Both the position numbers and the translations under genes were made by a program. 20,000 nucleotides of DNA from an uncultured virus (IMG/VR IMGVR_UViG_3300008450_000021) (lineage: Duplodnaviria > Heunggongvirae > Uroviricota > Caudoviricetes), in the IMG/VR virus record IMGVR_UViG_3300008450_000021; one strand, 5' to 3'. Positions 1 through 7,875 of the stretch are shown here, piece after piece (the first letter of the stretch is position 1; every line of letters begins with the position of its first letter). The notes under the pieces were generated by a model. That model saw nothing but the letters and a program-made list of their open reading frames with translations. It had not been told where the DNA came from and searched no databases.

Positions 1-622
1 CTGCTTCAGTATACATTCTATGAAACCAGTTACCTACACCATTAGGTGAAGATAAAGCTATAATACCACCACCAGTAGCAATTGTAGGTTTAATACTCGT
101 GTATATTTTATCAATACCCTCGATAAACGCAGCCTCATCCACTATTAGTAAAGATACTGCGTATGATCGACCAGCATCGGATGCTGCTGATGTAGCTACG
201 ATTTGAGAGTTATTAGCTAATTTAAGTGATAATTTGTTATCGGAAATAGGTTTTTGATTACCTCTTAACCAACTAGGAAGATTGTTATACATAAACTGTA
301 CTTTTTCAACCATGCCTTTAGCGGTTTCTTGTTTAGTAGCGATACATAGTACTGTTTTATCTTTATGGAATAACATAGTCCATAATGAATATCCAGCTAC
401 TAGAGTTGATATACCTAACTGGCGAGATTTATTGATGATAGTAAATCTATTATCTCGAATATCTTGTAATGTATCGGCCTGAAATGGATATAGGTGAAAT
501 AGTACTCGTCCTTTTACAGGATGGGTTATATAACAATATTTACGAAAAAAATGGATTGGATCAGTAGCACATTTAATGTATTCTTGCTTTATGATCTCCT
601 TAATTTGTTGTTGATTACTCAT
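1..622 (-). CDS. terL: Terminase large subunit, N-terminal ATPase domain (T4 gp17-like); runs off the left edge
   Basis: Manual translation from ATG at 622: MSNQQQIKEIIKQEYIKCATDPIHFFRKYCYITHPVKGRVLFHLYPFQ...INKSRQLGISTLVAGY...SLLIVDEAAFIEG...ALSSPNGVGNWFH. Contains the adenine-binding YPFQ, P-loop KSRQLGIST, Walker B LLIVDEAAF and motif III SSPNG. Not in the ORF track because it has no stop within the window. Confidence 0.95.
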   Translation of the reverse strand, partial: MSNQQQIKEIIKQEYIKCATDPIHFFRKYCYITHPVKGRVLFHLYPFQADTLQDIRDNRFTIINKSRQLGISTLVAGYSLWTMLFHKDKTVLCIATKQETAKGMVEKVQFMYNNLPSWLRGNQKPISDNKLSLKLANNSQIVATSAASDAGRSYAVSLLIVDEAAFIEGIDKIYTSIKPTIATGGGIIALSSPNGVGNWFHRMYTEA

Positions 623-643
623 ATACTACACAATGTGTTGTAT

Positions 644-651
644 ATAAATAT
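644..651 (-). promoter_or_regulatory. ATATTTAT motif (putative phage late promoter) upstream of terL
   Basis: Minus strand TATATTTATA, about 21 nt upstream of the terL ATG; the same 8-mer recurs at eight other gene boundaries. Confidence 0.5.
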
Positions 652-679
652 ATAAGATTTATTATCTCAAATAAGATAT

Positions 680-1342
680 TTATTTTACTACAAGTATTAC
701 AGTTAAAATAGCAGCAACAGCAGTTACGGCCTTAGTACTTAATTTTAAAAGCTTATTTTGAGTATTTACTTTAGTATACTCTTTATTTAAAGTATTATAC
801 TTTACATCTTGTAAAGATATGATATTTTGTTGTGCTGTATCTTTTATTTGGAACGAGTGTATAGTACTGTCTTTAATGACTATCTGTTGACCTAATACAG
901 TGTTAATACTATCAGCATATGATAAATCTTGTCTATCACCATCACAATATAATAGATCACGAGCAGCACCTACTGCTGATTCCTTAGGTAAAGAAAATGC
1001 TGTTTTATCTTCAGTTGGGTATCTGTCTACAAAAAATTTATGTAATGTATCTGAATTAGATAAATTAGGGTTATTTGCTTTTTTATTAGCTTCAGCTCTA
1101 GCTTTATTTCTTTCTTGGGCTAAATAAACTACTTGTTTTGCTAAAGCTGAGTCCTTTTTAGCTAAACCAGCAATAATTAAATTTTGTTCGTCTACAATTA
1201 TTTTTTCAGAATCAATTACTTTATTCAAGCTATCTATTGTTTGTTGAAATTTAGCGTCCGACGGACCATTACAAACAGAATAAGTAGTAAGTAAAATACC
1301 TACTACTATTCCTATTAATAACCATATTAATTTATTTGTCAT
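680..1342 (-). CDS. Membrane-anchored coiled-coil protein, possibly spanin-like
   Basis: N-terminal hydrophobic segment LIWLLIGIVVGILL followed by Cys24, long predicted helical/coiled-coil middle, and a C-terminal hydrophobic segment AVTAVAAILTVILVV. Confidence 0.55.
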   Translation of the reverse strand: MTNKLIWLLIGIVVGILLTTYSVCNGPSDAKFQQTIDSLNKVIDSEKIIVDEQNLIIAGLAKKDSALAKQVVYLAQERNKARAEANKKANNPNLSNSDTLHKFFVDRYPTEDKTAFSLPKESAVGAARDLLYCDGDRQDLSYADSINTVLGQQIVIKDSTIHSFQIKDTAQQNIISLQDVKYNTLNKEYTKVNTQNKLLKLSTKAVTAVAAILTVILVVK

Positions 1343-2235
1343 TTTATTATATTTGCTAACTTTTGGAACCGTTCCATTATTTCATCTTCAGATGGAGCGT
1401 TTTTTTCTTGTTCTACTTTATTTCTAACGTATTCGTTTGAATCAATTATACTTTGAACACGTTGTTCAAGAGATGCTTTTAATTTAGTTAAACGTTCTAC
1501 TTCGCTTGAACCTAATGATAAATCATCTCTACTTTTACCCATTTTTTTAGCTTGTGTTAATGCACTTTTAGTTCTAGCTAAACGTTCTTTAAATTTAGAA
1601 TAATCCATCCAAGCATTATAATCTTCATCTGATAATCCTCCTACTGATGGTCTGTCCATTGGTAGTTCTGGCATTTCTGGCTCTTCCTCTTCTTCAGGTT
1701 GAGGCATACCAGATGGGAAAAATTCACCTGTTCTTCCACCTATGAAAAAATCTTCCATACTGGGTGGTCCTGAGACTGTTTCAGGTTCACTAACTACTGT
1801 AGTCTCTCCCGTTTCATCATCCACTACTACTTCACCCATTTTAGCTATAACACCGGCATCTTTCAAACCATTCATTAACGCATTTGCTATTTGTGGACGA
1901 ATAAAGTTAAATTGATCTTGGATATCTTTCTTTTCTACACCTGGATTCTCTTTAATGTAATTAATAACATCAGCTACTGACACACCACTAATCATTTTAG
2001 TAGCATATGGTGTGGTATCAAATTCAGGATCAACAATTTGGTATCCTTTAGCTTTACGAGCCATTTCCGTTACTTTTTTATATTTTTGTTGAAAAGCAGA
2101 AGATTTTTCTGTATTATCATCAGGATCAATTACTGACGATAAACCTTTAGTGGCATCTGTTGGATTTTTTAATGTATATAATCCTACTTCTGATATTACT
2201 TCTTTAACTACGGCACGAATTTGTTTCGGGGTCAT
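1339..2235 (-). CDS. Hypothetical acidic/Pro-rich protein with N-terminal leader; possible HTH; putative virion-internal protein
   Basis: The ORF track starts at 2262, but that ATG overlaps the ATATTTAT motif. ATG at 2235 gives MTPKQIRAVVKEVISE, matching the shared leader. The central VINYIKENPGVEKKDIQDQFNFIRPQIANALMNGLKDAGVI looks winged-helix-like; the C-terminus is MERFQKLANIIK. Confidence 0.65.
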   Translation of the reverse strand: MTPKQIRAVVKEVISEVGLYTLKNPTDATKGLSSVIDPDDNTEKSSAFQQKYKKVTEMARKAKGYQIVDPEFDTTPYATKMISGVSVADVINYIKENPGVEKKDIQDQFNFIRPQIANALMNGLKDAGVIAKMGEVVVDDETGETTVVSEPETVSGPPSMEDFFIGGRTGEFFPSGMPQPEEEEEPEMPELPMDRPSVGGLSDEDYNAWMDYSKFKERLARTKSALTQAKKMGKSRDDLSLGSSEVERLTKLKASLEQRVQSIIDSNEYVRNKVEQEKNAPSEDEIMERFQKLANIIK

Positions 2236-2260
2236 GATGTTTGCGTTTATTTCTGTATAC

Positions 2261-2268
2261 ATAAATAT
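2261..2268 (-). promoter_or_regulatory. ATATTTAT motif (putative late promoter)
   Basis: Minus strand TAATATTTATG immediately after the kinase stop codon, about 25 nt before ATG 2235. Confidence 0.5.
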
Positions 2269-2792
2269 TAGTTTATTTGGGAAAGTATTGAATTGATGCG
2301 TTCTTCTGTAGAACCTTTAATTTCTATTAATTTTTTAGGTGGATATTGTTGTAGTAAACCTTTTATAACAAAATCAATTTTTTGACGATATTCTGCATCC
2401 GTTATGCGCACACCGTTGTCTTCAATATCAACGCCTTCAGGTGATACATAAATTATAACGTCATAATCACCTCTAATTATTAAAAATGATTCAATTAATT
2501 TTATTTTATCTTCCCAACTAATTGACTTAGCACTCATAGTAAATGCACACACATCATATATTGTTCTGTCTGTCAATAAATCATCATGCATTAATTCTAA
2601 ACTGCGTTCTGCCGCAAACACAAATTGTCCTTTAGTTGTTGAGTCGTCATTTAATAAGATTCCTTGATCACGTAAATATTTACTACGTTCTGTAGCTACA
2701 TGATAATCTTTAAATTGTTCTAATTTGGCTAGCTCTTTAACTAAAGTGCTTTTGCCTACTGATACTGTTCCTGCTAATCCTATTCGTGCCAT
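2268..2792 (-). CDS. P-loop NTPase / nucleotide kinase-like protein (AAA_28, NadR kinase-like or dNMP kinase fold)
   Basis: N-terminal Walker A GTVSVGKST, the LLTDRT motif typical of NMP/dNMP-kinase folds, and IEDNGVR plus IKGSTEER as seen in AAA_28 proteins. Confidence 0.8.
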   Translation of the reverse strand: MARIGLAGTVSVGKSTLVKELAKLEQFKDYHVATERSKYLRDQGILLNDDSTTKGQFVFAAERSLELMHDDLLTDRTIYDVCAFTMSAKSISWEDKIKLIESFLIIRGDYDVIIYVSPEGVDIEDNGVRITDAEYRQKIDFVIKGLLQQYPPKKLIEIKGSTEERINSILSQIN

Positions 2793-2798
2793 ATTTTT

Positions 2799-3482
2799 TT
2801 ATATTTTAAATTTCCAAATAAATCCTCCTGCTGTTTTTTGTTTACCTTTACAGCAAGCCTGTATATCTCCTTTTCCTATATATTTTTTAGCTTCAACAAT
2901 TGAAGGCCATTCTTGAATAAAATCACCTTCTAAATTATATTGGTTAATTGGTTTACTATTAGCTAATCTTACTCCTTTTATTATATTGTCTTTTTTTAAT
3001 TTTATGTTATTTTTATGACTTTCAGATTTAAATTTTCCTATAGCTGATTTTCTCATTTTTTCTTTTGTTATCTCAGATGGAAACTTTCCTATCATTGATA
3101 TTCTTTTTTTATTTTTAGTTTCATTAGAAACTATTTTTCCTTTATTAGATTTACTAATTTTATTTTTAGTTTCTTCTGATCGAGGTCCTGTTCCTCTGTC
3201 GTATAATTCACAAAACAATACTTGTTTCCAATCTCCATTTACTTGATCTAAATAATATTGTTTCCAATATATTTCTCTTTCATTTAATTGTTCTAAATTG
3301 CATTCTTCAATTATTTCAAATATGTGTTGTTCCCAACCATATTTTTGATATGAATTATATAGTTTAGAACCTATATGAGATTTACTTTTATGTTTATGTT
3401 GGTATTTTCTATTTTGTATATTAATAGATTGTCCTACATAAATTTTACCTTTAGGATTTGTTATTTTATATATTCCTGTCAT
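2799..3482 (-). CDS. Free-standing GIY-YIG homing endonuclease with NUMOD3-like repeats and a C-terminal NUMOD1-like HTH
   Basis: MTGIYKITNPKGKIYVGQS...R...LNEREIYW catalytic module; repeats SEETKNKIS / SNETKNKKR / SEITKEKMR / SESHKNNIK; C-terminal KPINQYNLEGDFIQEWPSIVEA...IQACCKGKQKTAGGFIWKF. Confidence 0.9.
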   Translation of the reverse strand: MTGIYKITNPKGKIYVGQSINIQNRKYQHKHKSKSHIGSKLYNSYQKYGWEQHIFEIIEECNLEQLNEREIYWKQYYLDQVNGDWKQVLFCELYDRGTGPRSEETKNKISKSNKGKIVSNETKNKKRISMIGKFPSEITKEKMRKSAIGKFKSESHKNNIKLKKDNIIKGVRLANSKPINQYNLEGDFIQEWPSIVEAKKYIGKGDIQACCKGKQKTAGGFIWKFKI

Positions 3483-3488
3483 ATGATA

Positions 3489-3496
3489 ATAAATAT
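3489..3496 (-). promoter_or_regulatory. ATATTTAT motif (putative late promoter) before the homing endonuclease
   Basis: Minus strand TATATTTATT, 6 nt before ATG 3482. Confidence 0.45.
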
Positions 3497-3506
3497 ATAG
3501 GAATAC

Positions 3507-3755
3507 CTATTTCCCGTTAGAAGGAGAAGTAAGTCCCAAAGCTCTAGCTCTCTGGTAGGAAACATATTTACCATTTGCTGGGTTTAAATATTTTTTATCT
3601 GTTTTATTGTCTTTAGTATTTTCTACAGTTCCTAAATACTCTTTAGGATAAGACGTAGTTGTTTCAATAGGTCCACTAGTGGATTTATTTAAATCATATT
3701 TCCAAACACAAGTAGTACCATCATCATTAATAAACGTTCTTGTAAATTGTTTCAT
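3507..3755 (-). CDS. Hypothetical protein
   Basis: 82-aa ORF in the gene-dense strand with its own promoter-like site immediately upstream. Confidence 0.7.
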   Translation of the reverse strand: MKQFTRTFINDDGTTCVWKYDLNKSTSGPIETTTSYPKEYLGTVENTKDNKTDKKYLNPANGKYVSYQRARALGLTSPSNGK

Positions 3756-3759
3756 GTTA

Positions 3760-3791
3760 TAAAGATAAAAAAAGGGTCTTGACGACCCTAA
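3760..3791 (-). promoter_or_regulatory. Bacteroidota sigma-A-like promoter (-33/-7)
   Basis: TTAG-ggtc-GTCAA-N11-TATCTTTA, 4 nt before ATG 3755. Confidence 0.5.
3767..3789 (-). terminator. Intrinsic terminator
   Basis: Minus strand AGGGTC-GTCAA-GACCCT (6-bp stem) followed by a T-run, just after the stop of ORF 3795..4037. Confidence 0.6.
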
Positions 3792-3794
3792 TTT

Positions 3795-4037
3795 TTAAAC
3801 TCTTGCTCCTGTATTTTTACCTATAGCGGTTTTAAACCATGGTAATCCATTAGTATCACGTTTACGGTCTATCCAATCCTCTTTTGAATATTGAATACCG
3901 TAGATATAATATTCTGCTAATTTCATGTTACCTTGAGGGATTAAGGCTGGGCCATCCCAGTTATGGAGCTTATTTACTCCTGTTGTGTCACTATAATGTA
4001 ATATAGTACCGTCTTTCGTTCTAAAAGTTCTTGTCAT
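3795..4037 (-). CDS. Hypothetical protein with an LHxxDGPA motif
   Basis: KLHNWDGPALI...EYYIYG resembles the LHRxDGPA repeat unit seen in large phage and giant virus proteins; single copy here. Confidence 0.75.
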   Translation of the reverse strand: MTRTFRTKDGTILHYSDTTGVNKLHNWDGPALIPQGNMKLAEYYIYGIQYSKEDWIDRKRDTNGLPWFKTAIGKNTGARV

Positions 4038-4056
4038 ATTTTTACTTTCTTTTTTC

Positions 4057-4087
4057 GAAAGTTAATATTTCTTTTTCACTAATCCAA
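4057..4087 (-). promoter_or_regulatory. Bacteroidota sigma-A-like promoter
   Basis: TTG-N20-TAACTTTC upstream of ATG 4037. Confidence 0.45.
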
Positions 4088-5095
4088 GCCTGAAAGTTCG
4101 GTATCATCTTTCTTCAGATCTACCTCAATTTCTTTCATCGTGTCTGCTGCCCATTTCTTTTGAGCTGGGGTTAATTTATTATTAATGATGTTTTCTATAA
4201 ATAGAAGGAAATTTTTATCGTCTAATTTATATACTTCAGCAAAGAATAATTCACGAACACGAGCATCTTCTATATTACTTTGGTTATATAAGTTTGATAA
4301 AGCATCATAAATAAATTTACCATATTGAAAATCACGAGGTTCGTTTGATACTTTATCTACTTTACCAACAATAGCTTTATTTTGTTCTTTATCAGTTCCA
4401 AATCCTTCTGTTCCTACTATTTCATATAATCCTTTTACTATCTCATGAAATAACATAGGAAAACATATAGCTCTTGCTTTAATAACAAATCTATCTTCTT
4501 CTTCATCATACACCATTTCAGATGATCCACCACTAATATTTTGTTTTTGACCAAGAGCCGCTAACATCATAGCGATAGCATTCTCATCATCATATATACC
4601 AAAAACTAGTTTCATTATTTCGTTGTATTTTTCAACTAATTCCGGACTTAAATCATCTAAATGTTCTCTAAATAATAAGAAACCAAAAGTTCCACGTACT
4701 GATGCGCCTTGAGTGATACCGTTGATTATACGGCGTTTTTTCTCCATAGCTTCGGTATCAGTTGATGGTATTTCGTCTATAGATATTTCATCTTCATCTT
4801 CATTTTGTTGAACTTGACCCATACTTACTATTTTAGCATCTATTTTTACATTAGCATAATCTAAAATAGGGTAAGCTTCTCTAGCCATAATTTCAGCTAT
4901 CATTGCTAATTCAATACGGTAATCAGATTCAGCCTCAATAATTTGACTTAGTAATTCCTGAGAACGCATCATTGTTTGCATTAGATTTTTGTTACCTAAC
5001 ATAGCACGCAATGATTCACCTGACTTACCTTTTAAGGCAGCCATTGTTTCAGGGCTGAATATATCTTCGTATTCTACTTCTAATAAACGTTTCAT
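4079..5095 (-). CDS. Hypothetical acidic protein, putative virion protein
   Basis: 338 aa; short leader MKRLLE; KKRRIINGITQG and PMLFHEIVKGLYE segments (a degenerate HExxK). Confidence 0.75.
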   Translation of the reverse strand: MKRLLEVEYEDIFSPETMAALKGKSGESLRAMLGNKNLMQTMMRSQELLSQIIEAESDYRIELAMIAEIMAREAYPILDYANVKIDAKIVSMGQVQQNEDEDEISIDEIPSTDTEAMEKKRRIINGITQGASVRGTFGFLLFREHLDDLSPELVEKYNEIMKLVFGIYDDENAIAMMLAALGQKQNISGGSSEMVYDEEEDRFVIKARAICFPMLFHEIVKGLYEIVGTEGFGTDKEQNKAIVGKVDKVSNEPRDFQYGKFIYDALSNLYNQSNIEDARVRELFFAEVYKLDDKNFLLFIENIINNKLTPAQKKWAADTMKEIEVDLKKDDTELSGLD

Positions 5096-5568
5096 TATTT
5101 TGTTTTTTTAGCTTTCATAAAACGAGCAGTAATCTTATCAATCATTTCCTCTTCCTTTAAATTTTTAGGAGCAGGTTTTACATCAGGATTACCAATTCTT
5201 CTACGTTTAGGTTCGTCTGGAGTCACTTTAGGTCTAGGTAAAACTGCTGGTTCACTTGGTGTAGTAGCTGGTTTAGGTTGATTTTCGTTTAGTTCTTTAC
5301 GAATTATTTCACGAATAGCTTCGCGTAGTTGTTTAATTTTCATATTTTCTTTTAATTTAGTTCTAGGTAATTTCATTCCTGCTACCGCAAAATTTGATGG
5401 AATTAGGTTTAGGCGTTGCTCTAATGCATTATCAGGAGCAATGGCGCGTTTTTCAACCCATAACCATTTAAGATATTGTGGATCAATTATCATTATATCA
5501 GATACTAATCGGTTTTTATATTTACCAAATGGTATTTTAGATGATAATGTTAAAGTAACAGGGATCAT
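5095..5568 (-). CDS. DUF3820/exonuclease X C-terminal-like (PFGKYK) domain fused to a leader-bearing Pro-rich peptide
   Basis: N-terminal IPFGKYKNRLVSDIMIIDPQYLKWL; an internal ATG at 5343 begins MKIKQLREAIREIIRKELNE, followed by a Pro/Lys-rich tail. Confidence 0.65.
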   Translation of the reverse strand: MIPVTLTLSSKIPFGKYKNRLVSDIMIIDPQYLKWLWVEKRAIAPDNALEQRLNLIPSNFAVAGMKLPRTKLKENMKIKQLREAIREIIRKELNENQPKPATTPSEPAVLPRPKVTPDEPKRRRIGNPDVKPAPKNLKEEEMIDKITARFMKAKKTK

Positions 5569-6920
5569 GCCAATAAATATTCAGCAACATATATTCCATG
5601 CGCTCCTGATACTGTGATACCACGAGCTGATAAAGCATCACCAACAAAATGCACATTTGGATATTCAGTTAATGCTAAACTATTATAATCAACTAATGGT
5701 TCAGGACTTAAATATTTTACCTCGGGTATATACATGCCCCAGTCATCACCAAAGTTAAATACTTCATTCATTTGTTCAATAAAGTTAGTTATATAAAATG
5801 CATACTTACCTAATACTTTATCAAAATCTTCTAAATCATCAGTTTGATATGCTGATACAACTGCGCCTTCTGATGTTATACCTGGCGTACGAGTTTTATT
5901 TGGTGAATAATATAATCCTTTACCATCAACTTGTAACTGTCCTACTACATGACGTGACCACTCAAACGGATTTTCAATACCTTTAATTTCCATTAATATA
6001 CCAAAATTAGTCATATCATTGCGATACTCTTCACCTTTTTTCGCATGACCATTGTAAGTAATATCACCATAAGTTTCTTCAACAGCCACATAGGCAGCGT
6101 TATTGTTAGTACAAAAACTACGCAAAGATACGTTATCAAATTTTTGATATAGTTTAAAATCATAAGAGACATCAATTAATTTTTGGAAATATTTTTGTGG
6201 TGCTTCAAAACGAACACCTATTTGAACTGATTTGGGTTCAGTTGGTAATTTATAATCATTTGATAGCTGTTGAGCAAAGTCAATACCTGATTTACCTACA
6301 GCAAATATGAGAGTATCATATTCGATCTCAGTGTTAATATAAGGTCTAAAATTAGCCAATCCGCTTTCTTTTCCTAATTTATCAAATCTATCTACTATTG
6401 TATTATCGACAAATAATACTATTTGTTTATCAAAATCAATAGATGTAACTTCACAATTCCAACAAAATTTAACACCTTTATCTAACAAATATTGATACCA
6501 TGCTTTAGCAATCTCGTGCAAGAAATTGGATCCTATGTGCCATACAGGAAACATTCTTAAACCAAAATATGGTTTAATAAATTCAGGTTCTTCCTGAGGA
6601 TCAGACATGAATATTTCTTCTGGTTTAGGATGGAAACGAGTAAAATTATCTACTACTTGTTTCATTAATTCCATTGCTTTGTCCTCACCACAATATTTTG
6701 ATAATTGACCTCCAATTGCTGTGTGATAAGTAAGTTTACCATCTGACCACCCACCTGCTCCTAACATACCTGTCATTACCTCTTCAGGTAAACGATTATG
6801 TGGGTCGTTGCCTTTATCTATGATAGTGATTAATTCACCTGGGTATCCATTGTCTACTAATTTGGTAGCGGCATTTATACCTGCAACACCAGCACCTACG
6901 ATTACTATTTTTTTATTCAT
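5565..6920 (-). CDS. FAD-dependent oxidoreductase (uncharacterised FAD-dependent dehydrogenase, COG2509-like)
   Basis: Rossmann motif IVIVGAGVAG, GMLGAGGWSDGKL, IGVRFE, RSFCTNN, NGHA, and a C-terminal HFVGD...RGITVSGAHG FAD-binding motif. Confidence 0.85.
   Translation of the reverse strand: MNKKIVIVGAGVAGINAATKLVDNGYPGELITIIDKGNDPHNRLPEEVMTGMLGAGGWSDGKLTYHTAIGGQLSKYCGEDKAMELMKQVVDNFTRFHPKPEEIFMSDPQEEPEFIKPYFGLRMFPVWHIGSNFLHEIAKAWYQYLLDKGVKFCWNCEVTSIDFDKQIVLFVDNTIVDRFDKLGKESGLANFRPYINTEIEYDTLIFAVGKSGIDFAQQLSNDYKLPTEPKSVQIGVRFEAPQKYFQKLIDVSYDFKLYQKFDNVSLRSFCTNNNAAYVAVEETYGDITYNGHAKKGEEYRNDMTNFGILMEIKGIENPFEWSRHVVGQLQVDGKGLYYSPNKTRTPGITSEGAVVSAYQTDDLEDFDKVLGKYAFYITNFIEQMNEVFNFGDDWGMYIPEVKYLSPEPLVDYNSLALTEYPNVHFVGDALSARGITVSGAHGIYVAEYLLA
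5573..5580 (-). promoter_or_regulatory. ATATTTAT motif (putative late promoter)
   Basis: Minus strand GAATATTTATT within the last codons of the oxidoreductase, 4 nt before ATG 5568. Confidence 0.4.
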
Positions 6921-6926
6921 ACTTTA

Positions 6927-6957
6927 TAAATTTAATATCTTTATTTTGACTTTCAAA
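6927..6957 (-). promoter_or_regulatory. Bacteroidota sigma-A-like promoter of the oxidoreductase
   Basis: TTTG-aaa-GTCAA-N11-TAAATTTA (19-nt spacer), 6 nt before ATG 6920. Confidence 0.55.
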
Positions 6958-6962
6958 CTAAG

Positions 6963-7035
6963 GTGGCCCACCTTTTAGGGGTGGGCCACAGCTCCATAAT
7001 TTTATCTCTTACGAGCGACCGGCTATGAATCGGTC
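6963..7035 (-). ncRNA. Candidate structured RNA (hairpin with pseudoknot, GNRA hairpin and 10-bp hairpin); family unknown
   Basis: GC-rich island within an AT-rich intergenic gap: GACCG/CGGTC stem whose loop CATAGC is complementary to downstream GCTGTG; CTC-GTAA-GAG; perfect 10-bp stem GTGGCCCACC/GGTGGGCCAC. The strand is inferred from gene context and the GNRA loop. Confidence 0.5.
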
Positions 7036-7051
7036 TATAAATTATTTATTT

Positions 7052-7423
7052 TTATATCATCTTTATATTAGCTACAAATTCTTTTACGTAATTATCTATT
7101 TTATTTTTCTGTTTTTCGGCTTCTTCTTTAGTAAATAATGTTACTTTAATATCCCCCATAGGATGATTAAATAAATCATTTTTAGTTTTATATTGAGCCG
7201 GGATACTACTCCCGTCTTTGTATGTACCTATAAAATATCGTCTAACTTTATCTCCATATATTTTATCAACGTTTATATCGTTAATATTTACTTCTAAGTC
7301 TTTTAACTTATTTATAGTTTTTTCTACTTGTTGATATTTTTTAAGATCCTCTACAGGAATTAACTCAATGTAGTATTTTTTATTACTATCTATTTCTTGG
7401 ATTATGTTTACTAACTTAATCAT
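7052..7423 (-). CDS. Hypothetical protein with MIKL-type leader
   Basis: Starts MIKLVNIIQE; start overlaps the upstream stop codon (TAATG). Confidence 0.75.
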   Translation of the reverse strand: MIKLVNIIQEIDSNKKYYIELIPVEDLKKYQQVEKTINKLKDLEVNINDINVDKIYGDKVRRYFIGTYKDGSSIPAQYKTKNDLFNHPMGDIKVTLFTKEEAEKQKNKIDNYVKEFVANIKMI

Positions 7424-7860
7424 TATTGTACATTATATTCGTTATTACCAATTTTTAGTTTAGTAATAGTATTAACGTTTATCATTCTGTATCCACCTGT
7501 TTTTACATCATATACAGGAATTAATCCTTTTTCATCTGGATTGTAAGGTAATTCGCCACCTTTTAAATAAACTTTAACACCTAAACGAGCATTCATTACG
7601 CGAGTAGTACCATCTTTTTTAATAAAAGTTACAGTAAAAAACTTACCTTTAGTATCTTTAATTAATTGTTTAGCTTGTTCTTTAGTAATAGACCCAGCTG
7701 GGGTTTCAGGAGTTTCAGCTTCTGATGGTGCTTCTTCTGGTGAAGGAACATTAGCTGGTTCTTGTCCCGGTCCTGGGGTAATAGGAGGTAAATCTTCTTG
7801 TTCTTTAAGATATTGAGATATAGTTTCTCTGATTAATTGGCGTAATACTTTGCTGTTCAT
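7423..7860 (-). CDS. Leader + Pro/Glu-rich linker + SH3-like beta-barrel (WYL_2/DUF2693-like) domain
   Basis: MNSKVLRQLIRETISQYLKE leader; C-terminal GKFFTVTFIKKDGTTRVMNARLGV...LIPVYDVKTGGYRMIN typical of phage SH3/WYL_2-like proteins. Confidence 0.7.
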   Translation of the reverse strand: MNSKVLRQLIRETISQYLKEQEDLPPITPGPGQEPANVPSPEEAPSEAETPETPAGSITKEQAKQLIKDTKGKFFTVTFIKKDGTTRVMNARLGVKVYLKGGELPYNPDEKGLIPVYDVKTGGYRMINVNTITKLKIGNNEYNVQ

Positions 7861-7875
7861 TTTTATTGTTTTTTA

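Noticed and set aside
2236..2262. Upstream start at 2262 for ORF 1339..2262
   Set aside because: That ATG overlaps the putative promoter motif; the ATG at 2235 gives the shared leader and is preferred.
4420..4460. HEIVK as a metallopeptidase site in ORF 4079..5095
   Set aside because: The second His of HExxH is replaced by Lys, so catalytic activity cannot be supported.
6963..7035. tRNA, hammerhead, HDV-like/theta or known riboswitch identity for the structured element
   Set aside because: No cloverleaf or T-loop, no CUGAnGA/GAAA core, and the helix order does not fit an HDV-type double pseudoknot; no known family could be assigned by eye.
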